Shown here: piece by piece, positions 37,371 through 47,385 of the stretch
How positions within the stretch are numbered: the stretch's first letter is position 1
How the letters are laid out: each line of letters opens with the position of its first letter
Origin: a virus
Lineage: Duplodnaviria > Caudoviricetes
IMG/VR virus record: IMGVR_UViG_3300046733_000629
Direction: 5' to 3' (one strand)
Length of the DNA stretch: 64,000 nucleotides
Notes under the pieces: generated by a model
What the model saw: the letters and a program-made list of their open reading frames with translations, nothing else
What the model was told of the DNA's origin: nothing
Database searches by the model: none
Made by a program: the position numbers and the translations under genes

Positions 37371-37994
37371 ATGGCAAGATTACTAATTATAACAGGTCCA
37401 CAAGGTAGTGGAAATCATGTTTTCAGTAAGTGTTTAGCAGTACACGAAGATGTGTATGGTTGGAAAAGTCTACTTAATACATATTGGGAAGGACATCACC
37501 ATGAGCCATTTGCAAAGTATTGGAATGATCCAGAACTATTACACGAGTTTGATTGGACACAAAAAGAACATTATGTAACTAGTATTAGTTGTCCATTTGT
37601 TAAGAATAAAGAACCTCATATACCAACGTATGAAAAGTTTATTGAGGTTGCTAGTAAATATTGTGAAGTATCGGTTGCTATTATTGGTAGAGATGTAAAC
37701 GTACTACAGTATCAACAACAGCGAGTAAGAAAGAAGCACACTACACCAATGGCACTAGATGCTTTTAAATGGTTACTCAATACAGAAAATTGTTCGTTTC
37801 TAAGTTTAGAACTATTGTATTTGTATAAGCAAAGTTACTTAGAACAGTTGAGTAATGAGTTAGATTGGCCAATAGCATTTTGGGATCCAGAAATAGATGC
37901 AATACTTTCTCATGATGCTAACGAGAAATATATTAAAGATGTACACGAATATTGGTTAGACTTTGAAGTCGACCGAGCTATAAAAGAAAGTTAA
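37371..37994 (+). CDS. P-loop sulfotransferase/kinase-like protein
   Basis: LLIITGPQGSGNH; later IIGRD. Confidence 0.55.
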   Translation: MARLLIITGPQGSGNHVFSKCLAVHEDVYGWKSLLNTYWEGHHHEPFAKYWNDPELLHEFDWTQKEHYVTSISCPFVKNKEPHIPTYEKFIEVASKYCEVSVAIIGRDVNVLQYQQQRVRKKHTTPMALDAFKWLLNTENCSFLSLELLYLYKQSYLEQLSNELDWPIAFWDPEIDAILSHDANEKYIKDVHEYWLDFEVDRAIKES

Positions 37995-38008
37995 TTAGAG
38001 AGAATTAT

Positions 38009-38713
38009 ATGTTAGATGTTTTTATGCTGTCGTTTGGTGAACCAGATGCAGATGATAATTTTAAAATCCTACAAGAGAAAGCACCACATGCAAAACGCAT
38101 TGATGGAATTGAAGGATTGTTAAACGCACACAAAGCATGTGCAGAAGAAAGTCGTACTAGTTATTTTTATGTATGTGATGCAGATGCAGTCATACAAGAA
38201 AACTTTGCATTTAAATTTGAACCAAGTGATAGACGAGAACCATACCCAGGTGTAAAAGAAACTGAATGTGTGTTTACATATCGTAGCCACAATCCTATTA
38301 ATGATCTCATATATGGATATGGTGGAGTAAAGTTATTTCCTAAGAAGAATTTATTAGAAGTAGAAGAATTTAAAGTAGACATGACTACGAGTATTGGTGC
38401 AAAATTTGTACCTAAGTTTGAAATAGCAAACACTACAGCATTTAATACTGATCCATTTAGTACATGGAAAAGTGCATTTCGAGAGTGTACTAAACTATCA
38501 AGTAATATTATTGATCATAACAAGCAAGTTGATGATGCATATAGATTAGAAGTATGGTGTACACGTGGAGAAAACAGACGATACGGAGACTATGCACTAA
38601 CTGGTGCAAAACAGGGTAGAGACTTTGGAACACATTACAAAGGCAATACAGATGCATTACGTAAAATTAATGACTGGAATTGGCTAAAGGAGAAATTTAA
38701 TGAAGCTATCTGA
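38009..38713 (+). CDS. Glycosyltransferase-like protein, paralogue of 10566..11552
   Basis: LSFGEPDAD, YVCDADA, YGYGGVKLFPK, TWKSAFREC. Confidence 0.65.
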   Translation: MLDVFMLSFGEPDADDNFKILQEKAPHAKRIDGIEGLLNAHKACAEESRTSYFYVCDADAVIQENFAFKFEPSDRREPYPGVKETECVFTYRSHNPINDLIYGYGGVKLFPKKNLLEVEEFKVDMTTSIGAKFVPKFEIANTTAFNTDPFSTWKSAFRECTKLSSNIIDHNKQVDDAYRLEVWCTRGENRRYGDYALTGAKQGRDFGTHYKGNTDALRKINDWNWLKEKFNEAI

Positions 38714-39947
38714 TTTCCAAGAACAATATCATTGGATGAATGGACTTAGCGAATACTTTAAGTTCAATGGACAAGAAGAACGTTGGGAATATATACATAA
38801 AGCATTATATCATGACAACTGGTATCGTAAACGTGATGTTATGATTGATTTAGCATCTATGCCTAACAGTAACCCTTCTCATGTAAGAGCTTGGATGAAT
38901 GTTCTATTACATGAAAAACTTGAAGATGTAGAACTAAAGCCACAGATGCTTGCAACACTATTTAGAAAGTATATGAGAGAAGATCCTTTTCTAGTAAACA
39001 TTTGTCAGTTTGTAAACTATTGGGCTAAAGGTGATCATGCCGCAGAGATGCCTGACATGAATGACTTTTTAAGTAGAGGACAAGTAAAATCAAAACTATG
39101 GTTAATAAGTGAATTAGTTAAAATTGTAGATGGTCCTATTGGTAACATTGCATTTTATGGAGGCTGGTATAATTTCTTAGCACACATGATGTTCCATCAA
39201 TTTGATGTAAACAAAATATATAGTATTGATTTAGATGATTCAGTAGTAGTACCAAGTAAACGTTTATATCCAGAAGAAGTAGCGGCTGATAGATTTATTC
39301 CTGTAACAACAGATGTAAGCAAGTTACAATGGCGTGATAAAGGTTTATGGTTTCAAGACCACGATAAACGCAGTGAGCAAATTGAAGAATGGATGACTAA
39401 GCAAGAAGAAGCATTAACTGAAAAGAGACAATCAATAATTGACCAATGGTTACAAAAACAAGAGAGTGCTTTAACTCTAAAGCGACAACCATTAATTGAT
39501 AAGTTTATAGATGAGAATCAAGAAAACATCAAACAAGGTATAGTAAACAAAGAAGAAGTAATTAATAAGATAAGTGAAGACTTACGTACTGAGATGTTTA
39601 AAGACAAAGAAGAAGTAATTAATAAGATAAGTGAAGACTTACGTACTGAGATGTTTAAAGACAAAGAAGCCGTGTTTGAAAACTATGGCTGGCGTACACT
39701 TGCTGAAGAAATTAATATGGTTATTAATACAAGTTGCGAACACATGGATAACACATGGTTTGAAAACTTACCAAGTGGAACATTTGTAGTATTACATCAA
39801 AACGATTACTTTGAAAACGAGCAACATAGTAATTGTTGTAAAGACTTAGAAGAAGTAAAAAGTAAATACCCAATGCAAAGTATCTTTTATGAAGGTGAAT
39901 TAGACACTCATCTATACAATAGGTTTATGCTGATTGGCATAAAATAA
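38700..39947 (+). CDS. Methyltransferase-like protein with a repeated coiled-coil insertion
   Basis: SRGQVKSKLWL, FYGGWY, YSIDLD, INTSCEHM, VVLHQND. Confidence 0.6.
   Translation: MKLSDFQEQYHWMNGLSEYFKFNGQEERWEYIHKALYHDNWYRKRDVMIDLASMPNSNPSHVRAWMNVLLHEKLEDVELKPQMLATLFRKYMREDPFLVNICQFVNYWAKGDHAAEMPDMNDFLSRGQVKSKLWLISELVKIVDGPIGNIAFYGGWYNFLAHMMFHQFDVNKIYSIDLDDSVVVPSKRLYPEEVAADRFIPVTTDVSKLQWRDKGLWFQDHDKRSEQIEEWMTKQEEALTEKRQSIIDQWLQKQESALTLKRQPLIDKFIDENQENIKQGIVNKEEVINKISEDLRTEMFKDKEEVINKISEDLRTEMFKDKEAVFENYGWRTLAEEINMVINTSCEHMDNTWFENLPSGTFVVLHQNDYFENEQHSNCCKDLEEVKSKYPMQSIFYEGELDTHLYNRFMLIGIK
39547..39669 (+). repeat. Exact 57-bp in-frame tandem duplication (two copies plus 9 nt)
   Basis: Encodes KEEVINKISEDLRTEMFKD twice; identical at DNA level. 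Confidence 0.95.
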
Positions 39948-40184
39948 ATGGCAAAGGGTGTAGTATACATAGACTTCATTATGGAAGAATTTACAGAACT
40001 AAGTGCAATAGACGCATGTTGTAAAATTACTTCAGAAATAGCATTGCAAGGCTTACAGTATGGAATTGACTTTTGGTTTCATGATTATGATCCAGATGAT
40101 GCAGTATTAAAATTTGGATTCAAAGATCAGCACGAAGCATATCTATTAAAATTAGCAGGTATAAATCAACCTAGCATACATTAA
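39948..40184 (+). CDS. Small hypothetical protein (tandem paralogue 1)
   Basis: GLQYGIDFW...LKFGFKD. Confidence 0.7.
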   Translation: MAKGVVYIDFIMEEFTELSAIDACCKITSEIALQGLQYGIDFWFHDYDPDDAVLKFGFKDQHEAYLLKLAGINQPSIH

Positions 40185-40424
40185 ATGGCTATTATAGAAT
40201 ACACAGTGAAAGAATATACTACAACAACAGATCAATTTGCTACATATGATGCCATTGCAAACGTATCAGCACAGTTAGCAGATCAGGGATTTGAATATTC
40301 AGTTGACTTTTGGCTACAAGAAGTATACTATGATGCAGATGGTAACCAACAATTAAAATTTCAATTTGCAGATGATAAGCAAGCTATGTTGATAAAGATA
40401 AAAGGAATTGACAACAATGGATAG
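40185..40424 (+). CDS. Small hypothetical protein (tandem paralogue 2)
   Basis: GFEYSVDFW...LKFQFAD. Confidence 0.7.
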   Translation: MAIIEYTVKEYTTTTDQFATYDAIANVSAQLADQGFEYSVDFWLQEVYYDADGNQQLKFQFADDKQAMLIKIKGIDNNG

Positions 40425-40674
40425 AGAATTATGGGATGCCATACTAGATAACTTTACATTGAGAGAGTTACAAAAAGAAGCGGCTAGAGCAATAACTACT
40501 ATGCCAGCAGATAATAACAGTATTCATAAGTTTAACAAAGAAGCACATCATAACAGCCAGTTATGGTACAAAGCAGTAATAATTTATTACTGTGAAGAAC
40601 ATGGAGGGTTTCCTAGCGAGATTGGTCCTGGTAAAGATGTAACATTTGTTTTAGACGAGGAAGATAATAAATAA
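40417..40674 (+). CDS. Hypothetical protein
   Basis: Operon-packed ORF; AAGGA SD favours ATG 40417. Confidence 0.6.
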   Translation: MDRELWDAILDNFTLRELQKEAARAITTMPADNNSIHKFNKEAHHNSQLWYKAVIIYYCEEHGGFPSEIGPGKDVTFVLDEEDNK

Positions 40675-40698
40675 ACAATCTTAAACAGGAGAAGGAGC

Positions 40699-41025
40699 AT
40701 GCTAGTAAATATAAATGACATAGGTGGAGAAGTTATTAAAGACAACAAAACCTATAAACTAAAAGATAATACACTCTTAAATAATTTAGTTGTCAGTTCT
40801 ACGGATTTAAAACCATACCAAAGTACAAATGGTCATAGACATCCAGGACAAGAAGAAGTATACTATTTTGTTAAAGGTGCTGGTACTATGTATTTAGATG
40901 AAATCCCTAGATTTGTACAAGCAGGAGATGTTGTACTAATTGAAGATGGAGTACATCACAGAGTTAGTTGTGGCCCACATGGCTTATATTTTGTATGCGT
41001 TTTCGACGGAAAGCGATCACATTAA
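40699..41025 (+). CDS. Cupin-2 domain protein
   Basis: HRHPGQEEVYYFVKG...AGDVVLI...HHRV. Confidence 0.85.
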   Translation: MLVNINDIGGEVIKDNKTYKLKDNTLLNNLVVSSTDLKPYQSTNGHRHPGQEEVYYFVKGAGTMYLDEIPRFVQAGDVVLIEDGVHHRVSCGPHGLYFVCVFDGKRSH

Positions 41026-41378
41026 TGGAATTATTAATAACGAACATAGTTTATGTTCTGTATAGATTATTAATTACTGCCCACATTGTAAAGTTCTTTA
41101 ATAAAATGATGCCGTATTCGTTTGCGGTACTAATTGCCGCTCAGGTAAGTTTTTTATATGATGGTGGATTATTTGCAGTGCTATTTCAAGCACAAGCATT
41201 ACCACCTATTATGGAAATAGTACAAGCGAACATAATGTACACACTACGAGTTGGTATGGCATGGGCATTTATTTATTGGCTGTGGCAACACAGAAACCTT
41301 AATTATTATTTGGCAGTATTTATTGGTGCAGAAGTTACATTTGCAATAGACTATTTTATATTTGACGGCATATTTTAG
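41025..41378 (+). CDS. Multi-TM membrane protein
   Basis: TAATG coupling to the cupin gene; four hydrophobic segments. Confidence 0.65.
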   Translation: MELLITNIVYVLYRLLITAHIVKFFNKMMPYSFAVLIAAQVSFLYDGGLFAVLFQAQALPPIMEIVQANIMYTLRVGMAWAFIYWLWQHRNLNYYLAVFIGAEVTFAIDYFIFDGIF

Positions 41379-41407
41379 AATAAATACTTAGTATTGGAAA
41401 GACTTGA

Positions 41408-42505
41408 ATGTATAATTATAAAGACATAACAGAGGTTCACCTTGAAGTTACACAACGTTGTAATGCCGCATGTCCTATGTGTGATAGGAATGAAAATGGT
41501 GGAGCAGTTAATCAACACATCAGAGGAAATGAACAAGAGCTAACGTTAGACGATTGCATTGATGTATTTCCTGCTGACTTTATATCACAATTAAATGTAA
41601 TGTATATGTGTGGTAATTTAGGAGACCCAATTAGTGCTAGAGATACATTAGAAATAATGGAATGGTTTCGTGATTGTAATCCTGATATGTGGTTAAGCAT
41701 GAATACTAATGCTGGTGCTAGAGATGTAGAATGGTGGGCACGACTTGCAAAGATAATAGGTCGTAAAGGTTGTGTTATTTTTAGTGTAGATGGATTAGAG
41801 AACACCAATCATTTATATAGACAGAATGTACGTTGGGAAATTGTAGAGCGTAACATGAAAGCATTTATTGCCGCAGGTGGTAGAGCTAGATGGGACTACT
41901 TGATATTTGAACACAGTGAATGTGATGTAGAACGTGCAGAACAACTTGCCAAAGAATGGGGTGTTGAAAAGTTTATGAAAAAGAAAACAGGACGTTTTAT
42001 AACACAATCAAGTAAAGCAAAACAATCTCATCAAGCAAAGAACCGTAAAGGTAAAGAAACTACTGAACTTAAGAAACCTAAGAAAGCAGAGTATCAAAAT
42101 ACAGCATTGTTAAAACAAAAAGAGATTGAGAAAACATATGGAAGTATGATGGACTATTATAACAAAGCACACATTAGTTGTAAGGTAGCCCAAAAAGAAA
42201 AGAATAAAAGTATGTTTGTAACAGCAGAGGGATTAATTATGCCTTGTTGTTGGACAGCCGGACGTATGTATAAATGGTGGCACGAAGATCCTAAAGTAGA
42301 ACAAGTATGGGATTTTATTGATCGTGCAGGAGGTAAAGATGGAATTAGTGCTAAAGTACATGGCATTGAAGGAGTATTTGCTAGCGGAATAATGAAAGAC
42401 ATACAACGAAGTTGGAGCTTAGATAGCATCAAGAATGGAAAATTAGGAGTTTGTGCTCAGAAGTGTGGCACAGAATTTGACCCGTATGCAGAACAATTCA
42501 AATAA
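41408..42505 (+). CDS. Radical SAM protein with C-terminal SPASM/Twitch
   Basis: CNAACPMCDR, CGNLGDP, FSVDGL, ISCK...IMPCCW...CAQKCG; ATAAATA at 41380-41386. Confidence 0.88.
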   Translation: MYNYKDITEVHLEVTQRCNAACPMCDRNENGGAVNQHIRGNEQELTLDDCIDVFPADFISQLNVMYMCGNLGDPISARDTLEIMEWFRDCNPDMWLSMNTNAGARDVEWWARLAKIIGRKGCVIFSVDGLENTNHLYRQNVRWEIVERNMKAFIAAGGRARWDYLIFEHSECDVERAEQLAKEWGVEKFMKKKTGRFITQSSKAKQSHQAKNRKGKETTELKKPKKAEYQNTALLKQKEIEKTYGSMMDYYNKAHISCKVAQKEKNKSMFVTAEGLIMPCCWTAGRMYKWWHEDPKVEQVWDFIDRAGGKDGISAKVHGIEGVFASGIMKDIQRSWSLDSIKNGKLGVCAQKCGTEFDPYAEQFK

Positions 42506-43670
42506 AAAACCAGCATGTTATGCACCTTGGATAACAACATATGAAAGTGCTTTAGGTAAGATTAACCCATGCTGTGATGCAAAGGGTTGGTTAATACCTA
42601 ACAAAGAGAAAAAAAGTCTTACATTTGAAGAACGATGGAATGACCCAGAAATGGTTAAGTTCAGAGAAACCTTAATGACTGGAGAACTTCCTGATAATTG
42701 TGGTAACTGTTTACATAATGAAAAGAATGGTGCTAGATCTTTAAGAGAAGAATATAATGACTTTGAAGAACATGTAGAATTAGATAAGTTTAAACTAGTA
42801 CATATGGATTATAGAGAAAGTAATATATGTAATATGAGTTGTAAAATGTGTGGACATGATTTAAGTAGTACACACGCATTGTCACAAGGTATGTATGGTA
42901 AGACTGGTATAATGAACAATCCAACAAATCCACAAATATATCTTGATAACTTAGAAAATTTAAGAAGTATTAATTTTGCAGGCGGTGAACCAGCATTAAT
43001 GGATTCATTTTATGATGTACTTAATGCTATTATTGATAGAGATTTACAAAAGAATATTGATGTAAGTCTTGTAACAAATGGTTCAGTTATTATGAAAAAT
43101 AATGATAATTGGATAGAAAAAATAACACAAGGTGGATTTAAGGCTGCAAACATTGCAGTGAGTGTTGATTGCATGGAAGATGCTCATAACTATTGGCGTC
43201 AGAAGAATACTTGGAAATCAGTACATAATACATTAGAATATATGATAAAATGTAGACAAGAAGGAATGTGTGATCCAGGTGTAAGATTATCTGTCAGAGC
43301 CGCAATAGGTTGGCCAAATGCTTATGCGGCTAAGGACGTGTTTGATACATATACTAACCAAGTAGATCATATTAGACATAATTTTGTTAACAACCCAAAC
43401 TGGTTATCAATTGATATGTTACCTATAAAACATATAAAAGCATTAATTGAACACTGGGCAGATTATCCTTTTATACAAAAAGCATTCAGTAAACTAAATG
43501 AACCATCTGTTGATCATACTAAAGAGATCGCAATGAAGAAGTGGAAAAGAAACAACGAACTGTTAGACAACTACAACAGAGATATGACCTTTGCTGATGC
43601 TTTTCCTGAATTTGCAGAATTCTATAATTCAATTATCGTTCCTAAAACAGGAAAATTACAAAGAGGTTGA
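42453..43670 (+). CDS. Radical SAM protein with N-terminal Twitch
   Basis: ACYAPW...PCC...CGNC; CNMSCKMC; FAGGEP. True start uncertain. Confidence 0.85.
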   Translation: MLRSVAQNLTRMQNNSNKKPACYAPWITTYESALGKINPCCDAKGWLIPNKEKKSLTFEERWNDPEMVKFRETLMTGELPDNCGNCLHNEKNGARSLREEYNDFEEHVELDKFKLVHMDYRESNICNMSCKMCGHDLSSTHALSQGMYGKTGIMNNPTNPQIYLDNLENLRSINFAGGEPALMDSFYDVLNAIIDRDLQKNIDVSLVTNGSVIMKNNDNWIEKITQGGFKAANIAVSVDCMEDAHNYWRQKNTWKSVHNTLEYMIKCRQEGMCDPGVRLSVRAAIGWPNAYAAKDVFDTYTNQVDHIRHNFVNNPNWLSIDMLPIKHIKALIEHWADYPFIQKAFSKLNEPSVDHTKEIAMKKWKRNNELLDNYNRDMTFADAFPEFAEFYNSIIVPKTGKLQRG

Positions 43671-43695
43671 CAAATACTCTATAATTTGTTATAAT
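43667..43695 (+). promoter_or_regulatory. Full-consensus sigma70 promoter
   Basis: TTGACA-17 nt-TATAAT with extended TGn. Confidence 0.85.
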
Positions 43696-43732
43696 ACGTA
43701 TATATTAACACAAAACTAAGGATAAATCAAAG

Positions 43733-44188
43733 GTGATTAACGACTTAGGACTACAAGACCAACTGTTGGTCGATGACTATGAACAATGGGATGCATATTA
43801 TAATCATATGCTCACTAAGTTCTATGTTGAAAAGTTAGCAAAGCAGTGCGTTCAATTTGGCAAAGAATTTCCACGCAATGTTGACTGGTCTTCATTACAC
43901 ACAGATAAATTTGTAATGACAAAAAACAAAACACCAGGAACAATGGGTGTTAACTTTAGTGCCACACACTTTGTAGAAGATACTTACTACAACATCTCAA
44001 AATACATATTTAATAATACAGTTTATGCTGACAAGCTACAAGACTATCTAGTGCAAAACAAAAGATCAAAGATAAAACCTTTTGCTATGCAATACCTTAT
44101 AGGAGCAATTGAAGCTGAAAATAAAACTACGTTCATTGCATGCTATGATAAAATTAAACAAATTGAATGGAAAGAGAGTAACTGGTAA
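43733..44188 (+). CDS. Hypothetical protein
   Basis: GTG start after a strong promoter. Confidence 0.6.
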   Translation: MINDLGLQDQLLVDDYEQWDAYYNHMLTKFYVEKLAKQCVQFGKEFPRNVDWSSLHTDKFVMTKNKTPGTMGVNFSATHFVEDTYYNISKYIFNNTVYADKLQDYLVQNKRSKIKPFAMQYLIGAIEAENKTTFIACYDKIKQIEWKESNW

Positions 44189-44445
44189 TGCCTAGACCTA
44201 CACAACGATTTCTTAAACCAACATCATTCAAGCCTAAAGGTTCTGTGTTTGAAGGACTGATATGGAAACAACCTAATTCAAAAGGTACTGATACATATGA
44301 TGTAGAATGTACTGAAAAAGGATTTACATGTGATTGTCCAGGATTTACTTTTCGAGGCAAATGTAAACATAGTTTAGAAGTTTTAACAAGAGTAGAGACA
44401 GCATTGGATGATAAACATCCTCAGTACCGTTGGGAGTTAACATGA
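44188..44445 (+). CDS. SWIM zinc-finger protein
   Basis: TCDCPGFTFRGKCKH (CxC...CxH). Confidence 0.8.
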   Translation: MPRPTQRFLKPTSFKPKGSVFEGLIWKQPNSKGTDTYDVECTEKGFTCDCPGFTFRGKCKHSLEVLTRVETALDDKHPQYRWELT

Positions 44446-44981
44446 CAACACATGCAATGATTGATTTAGAAACACTTGGTACTGGTCCAGATTGTGTAGT
44501 ACTAACTATTGGTGGTGTTAAATTTAATCCAAATTCTATAAGTGAACATTGGGATCCATTGTATTATAAATTTAATGTAGACGAGCAGTTAGACAAAGGC
44601 AGAACTACATTAGAAAGTACTCTTGAATGGTGGGGTAAGCAAGAAGAAAGTGTACGTGAAGAAGCATTAGGTGATGACAATCGTACACCTGTATTAGAAG
44701 TATTACAAGCATTGAATAAATGGTGCGTTGGTGCTGATACAATATGGTGCCAAGGACCAGCATTTGATATATGTATACTAGAAAACTTATTAAAACAATA
44801 CAATCATCATACACCTTGGCCATTTTGGAAGATACGTGATAGTAGAACATTATTTGGTATCATGCCAAAAGATCCACGCAAAGCAATAAAATTTAATGCA
44901 CACAATGCACTCGAAGATTGTAAAGTACAGGCATTATGTGTTCAACAAACAATAAAAGATTTGGGTTTAACTATACGGTAA
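44442..44981 (+). CDS. DEDDh 3'-5' exonuclease (Rv2179c/RNase AS-like)
   Basis: MIDLETLG, WCQGPAFD, RDSRTL, HNALED. Confidence 0.88.
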   Translation: MTTHAMIDLETLGTGPDCVVLTIGGVKFNPNSISEHWDPLYYKFNVDEQLDKGRTTLESTLEWWGKQEESVREEALGDDNRTPVLEVLQALNKWCVGADTIWCQGPAFDICILENLLKQYNHHTPWPFWKIRDSRTLFGIMPKDPRKAIKFNAHNALEDCKVQALCVQQTIKDLGLTIR

Positions 44982-45001
44982 CCCAATAGTAAGAAGTCAT
45001 G

Positions 45002-45076
45002 GTATTAGAAAAAGTCAATTTTAAACTCATTATATGTAAGTTTTTGTTGACTTTTTCTAAATACTATTATACAATA
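45002..45076 (+). promoter_or_regulatory. Sigma70 promoter whose -35 lies in a 17-bp inverted repeat
   Basis: GTATTAGAAAAAGTCAA (45002-45018) versus TTGACTTTTTCTAAATAC (45048-45065); TTGACT-17 nt-TACAAT. Confidence 0.7.
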
Positions 45077-45112
45077 ATAAACATTAATAGATTCTAAATA
45101 GGAGAATAAAAT

Positions 45113-45862
45113 ATGAGTACTCGAGATATTGTGCAAGACATTGTCAAGCACACAGCCGGACTAGGCTTTATTACATCAGTAAAAGTCACAGGAACTAATG
45201 AAGAAACAACACTTGATGCAATGGATGCAGATCGTACAGTGATTCTACAAGCAAAATTACACAATGCAGTTGATGATTTCAATGGTGAGTTTGGTCTAGG
45301 TAACTTAGGTTTCTTAGCAGGCATTACTTCATTAGGAAATTATCAAACAGATGATTCTACAGTAGAAGTAGTAACACGTGAACGTAATGGAGTAACAGTT
45401 CCAGATCATTTGATGTTTAAAGATGTAGAAGGTAATACAGATCAGTATCGCTTTATGTCAAAAGAAATCATTGAACAAACATTACAAACTGTAAAGTTTA
45501 AAGGTGTTGAATGGGATGTAACATTTGAACCAACAAAAGCAAAAGTAAATGAGCTACAACAAGTAGCAGGTATTTACGGAGGCATCGAACCTAACTTTAC
45601 TGTCAAGACAGTAGATGGTAATTTAGTTATTACTGTAGGCGCACAAGATGGTAGCTTCACAGGTAAACGTACATTCGCACAAAATGTAAATGGTGAGATT
45701 ACAGAAGGCTATGCATGGCCACTTAACCAAGTACTAGCAATCCTAAAACTAGGAATGTCAGGTGCATGTGTAATGCAAATTAGTAAAAAAGGTGCATTGC
45801 TTATTTCAGTTGATTCAGGCATTGGCAAATACGATTATATTTTACCAGCACTAACAGTATAG
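45113..45862 (+). CDS. DNA sliding clamp (gp45/beta-clamp-like)
   Basis: 249 aa with alternating beta/alpha pattern, ending GKYDYILPA; follows an exonuclease. Assignment from recalled jumbo-phage homologues. Confidence 0.6.
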   Translation: MSTRDIVQDIVKHTAGLGFITSVKVTGTNEETTLDAMDADRTVILQAKLHNAVDDFNGEFGLGNLGFLAGITSLGNYQTDDSTVEVVTRERNGVTVPDHLMFKDVEGNTDQYRFMSKEIIEQTLQTVKFKGVEWDVTFEPTKAKVNELQQVAGIYGGIEPNFTVKTVDGNLVITVGAQDGSFTGKRTFAQNVNGEITEGYAWPLNQVLAILKLGMSGACVMQISKKGALLISVDSGIGKYDYILPALTV

Positions 45863-45872
45863 AGAATAGAAT

Positions 45873-47372
45873 ATGGCAGATAGAAAAGACTTAACAACTA
45901 GTAATAAAGACTACAGTGTATTCTTACCGAGTATCAGTAGCTTTTATTCTAAGTTTATAGCACAAGCACAAATGCGTCCAGACTTTGTTAAGCCTGAACG
46001 TATGCCTGCAGGCTTTGAATATGGTATTGATGGCTTTGACTTTTTAAAGCCTAAAGACAATTACTATAATTACAAATGGGGTCTTTACTCTGCCGGGCAT
46101 GCTACTCGAGATACTGCTAAGAGTGATGTACAGGAACCAATGATTCAAAAGCGAGACAGGGAGAATAGTTTTATCCTTGGCGACAGTGGTGGGTTCCAGA
46201 TTGCTACAGGTGTAATCAAATGTGATTGGCCTAACTTTAAAACAGATGATGATCTGCGTAAGACAATTCTTAACTGGTTGGAACATACAGCAGATTATAG
46301 TATGGTATTAGATATTCCTACATTGGCTGCGGCACCACCGCTTAATGCTAAGACAGGATTAACTAATTGGGTTGATTGTTTAGAATATACAATGTTCAAT
46401 AATGATTACTTTGTTCGTAACAGACAAGGTAAAACTAAGTTCTTAAATGTATTACAAGGTAACAACGAGCAACAAGCAGATGATTGGTATGGTGCAGTTA
46501 AGCATTATCCATTTGAAGGTTGGGCTATGGCTGGTTACAATATGAAGCAATTACATCTTGCATTACGTAGACTTATTGTAATGCGTGATGAGAAGATGCT
46601 TGACCCAGGTAGAGATCTAATACACTACTTAGGTACAAGTAAATTAAATTGGTCGTGTATCTTTACTGCAATACAACGTAACATTAGAGAAACTATTAAT
46701 CCTAATATGATGGTAACATATGATGCCGCTAGTCCGTTTATTACAACGGCTAAAGGTCAAGCATATACACAACATGTACATAGGAACAATAAGTTTAGTT
46801 ATGTTATGGAACAGGCAGTAGATGATAAACGTTTCCAACACAGTGACATTCCTTTCCCATTTAATAGTCCAATTGGTGAACGTATGAATATGGGAGACTT
46901 ATGTTACATGGGTCCAGGTATGTTAAACAAACTTGGAAAAGAAGGCAAGACTAGTTGGGATAGTTTCTCATACTTCTTGTTAATGGCACACAATGTTTAT
47001 CAACACATTGAAGCATGTCAACGTGCTAATACACTTGCTGACATTGCAACAACCAGGTACAAGCCAAGTCACTTAGAATGGAATAAAGTGAAACCTGGAC
47101 AAAGTGAATTTGATTTATGGGTTCCACGTGATGTAATTTATGTTACAGAATTTATAAATCAATTATTTAAAAGTGAAACACCTATGCAAATGCTAGAAGA
47201 AGGTGAAGCAATGCTAACACACTTCAGTGGTATGAAAACTATTAAAACAACACAAGGTGCTTTTGATAGTTTATTTGACTCAGGTGATAATGCTCAAGAA
47301 GAAAGCGATGGCGAATTTACAGCTGAACAGGCTGAAGCGGCAGAAGATTTCTTAGAGCACCTAGAACAGTAA
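45873..47372 (+). CDS. dpdA: TGT-fold base-exchange enzyme, DpdA-like
   Basis: ILGDSGGFQ, MVLDIP, LNVLQG, GWAMAG, HYLGTS and YDAASP align in order with the TGT catalytic motifs; sits among folE/queD genes. Confidence 0.75.
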   Translation: MADRKDLTTSNKDYSVFLPSISSFYSKFIAQAQMRPDFVKPERMPAGFEYGIDGFDFLKPKDNYYNYKWGLYSAGHATRDTAKSDVQEPMIQKRDRENSFILGDSGGFQIATGVIKCDWPNFKTDDDLRKTILNWLEHTADYSMVLDIPTLAAAPPLNAKTGLTNWVDCLEYTMFNNDYFVRNRQGKTKFLNVLQGNNEQQADDWYGAVKHYPFEGWAMAGYNMKQLHLALRRLIVMRDEKMLDPGRDLIHYLGTSKLNWSCIFTAIQRNIRETINPNMMVTYDAASPFITTAKGQAYTQHVHRNNKFSYVMEQAVDDKRFQHSDIPFPFNSPIGERMNMGDLCYMGPGMLNKLGKEGKTSWDSFSYFLLMAHNVYQHIEACQRANTLADIATTRYKPSHLEWNKVKPGQSEFDLWVPRDVIYVTEFINQLFKSETPMQMLEEGEAMLTHFSGMKTIKTTQGAFDSLFDSGDNAQEESDGEFTAEQAEAAEDFLEHLEQ

Positions 47373-47385
47373 ATGGAGGAACGTT

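Noticed and set aside
45873-47372. Ordinary tRNA-guanine transglycosylase
   Set aside because: No C-terminal CxCxxC zinc site typical of bacterial Tgt, longer and divergent, and located right after the sliding clamp; DNA is the more likely substrate, though not proven.
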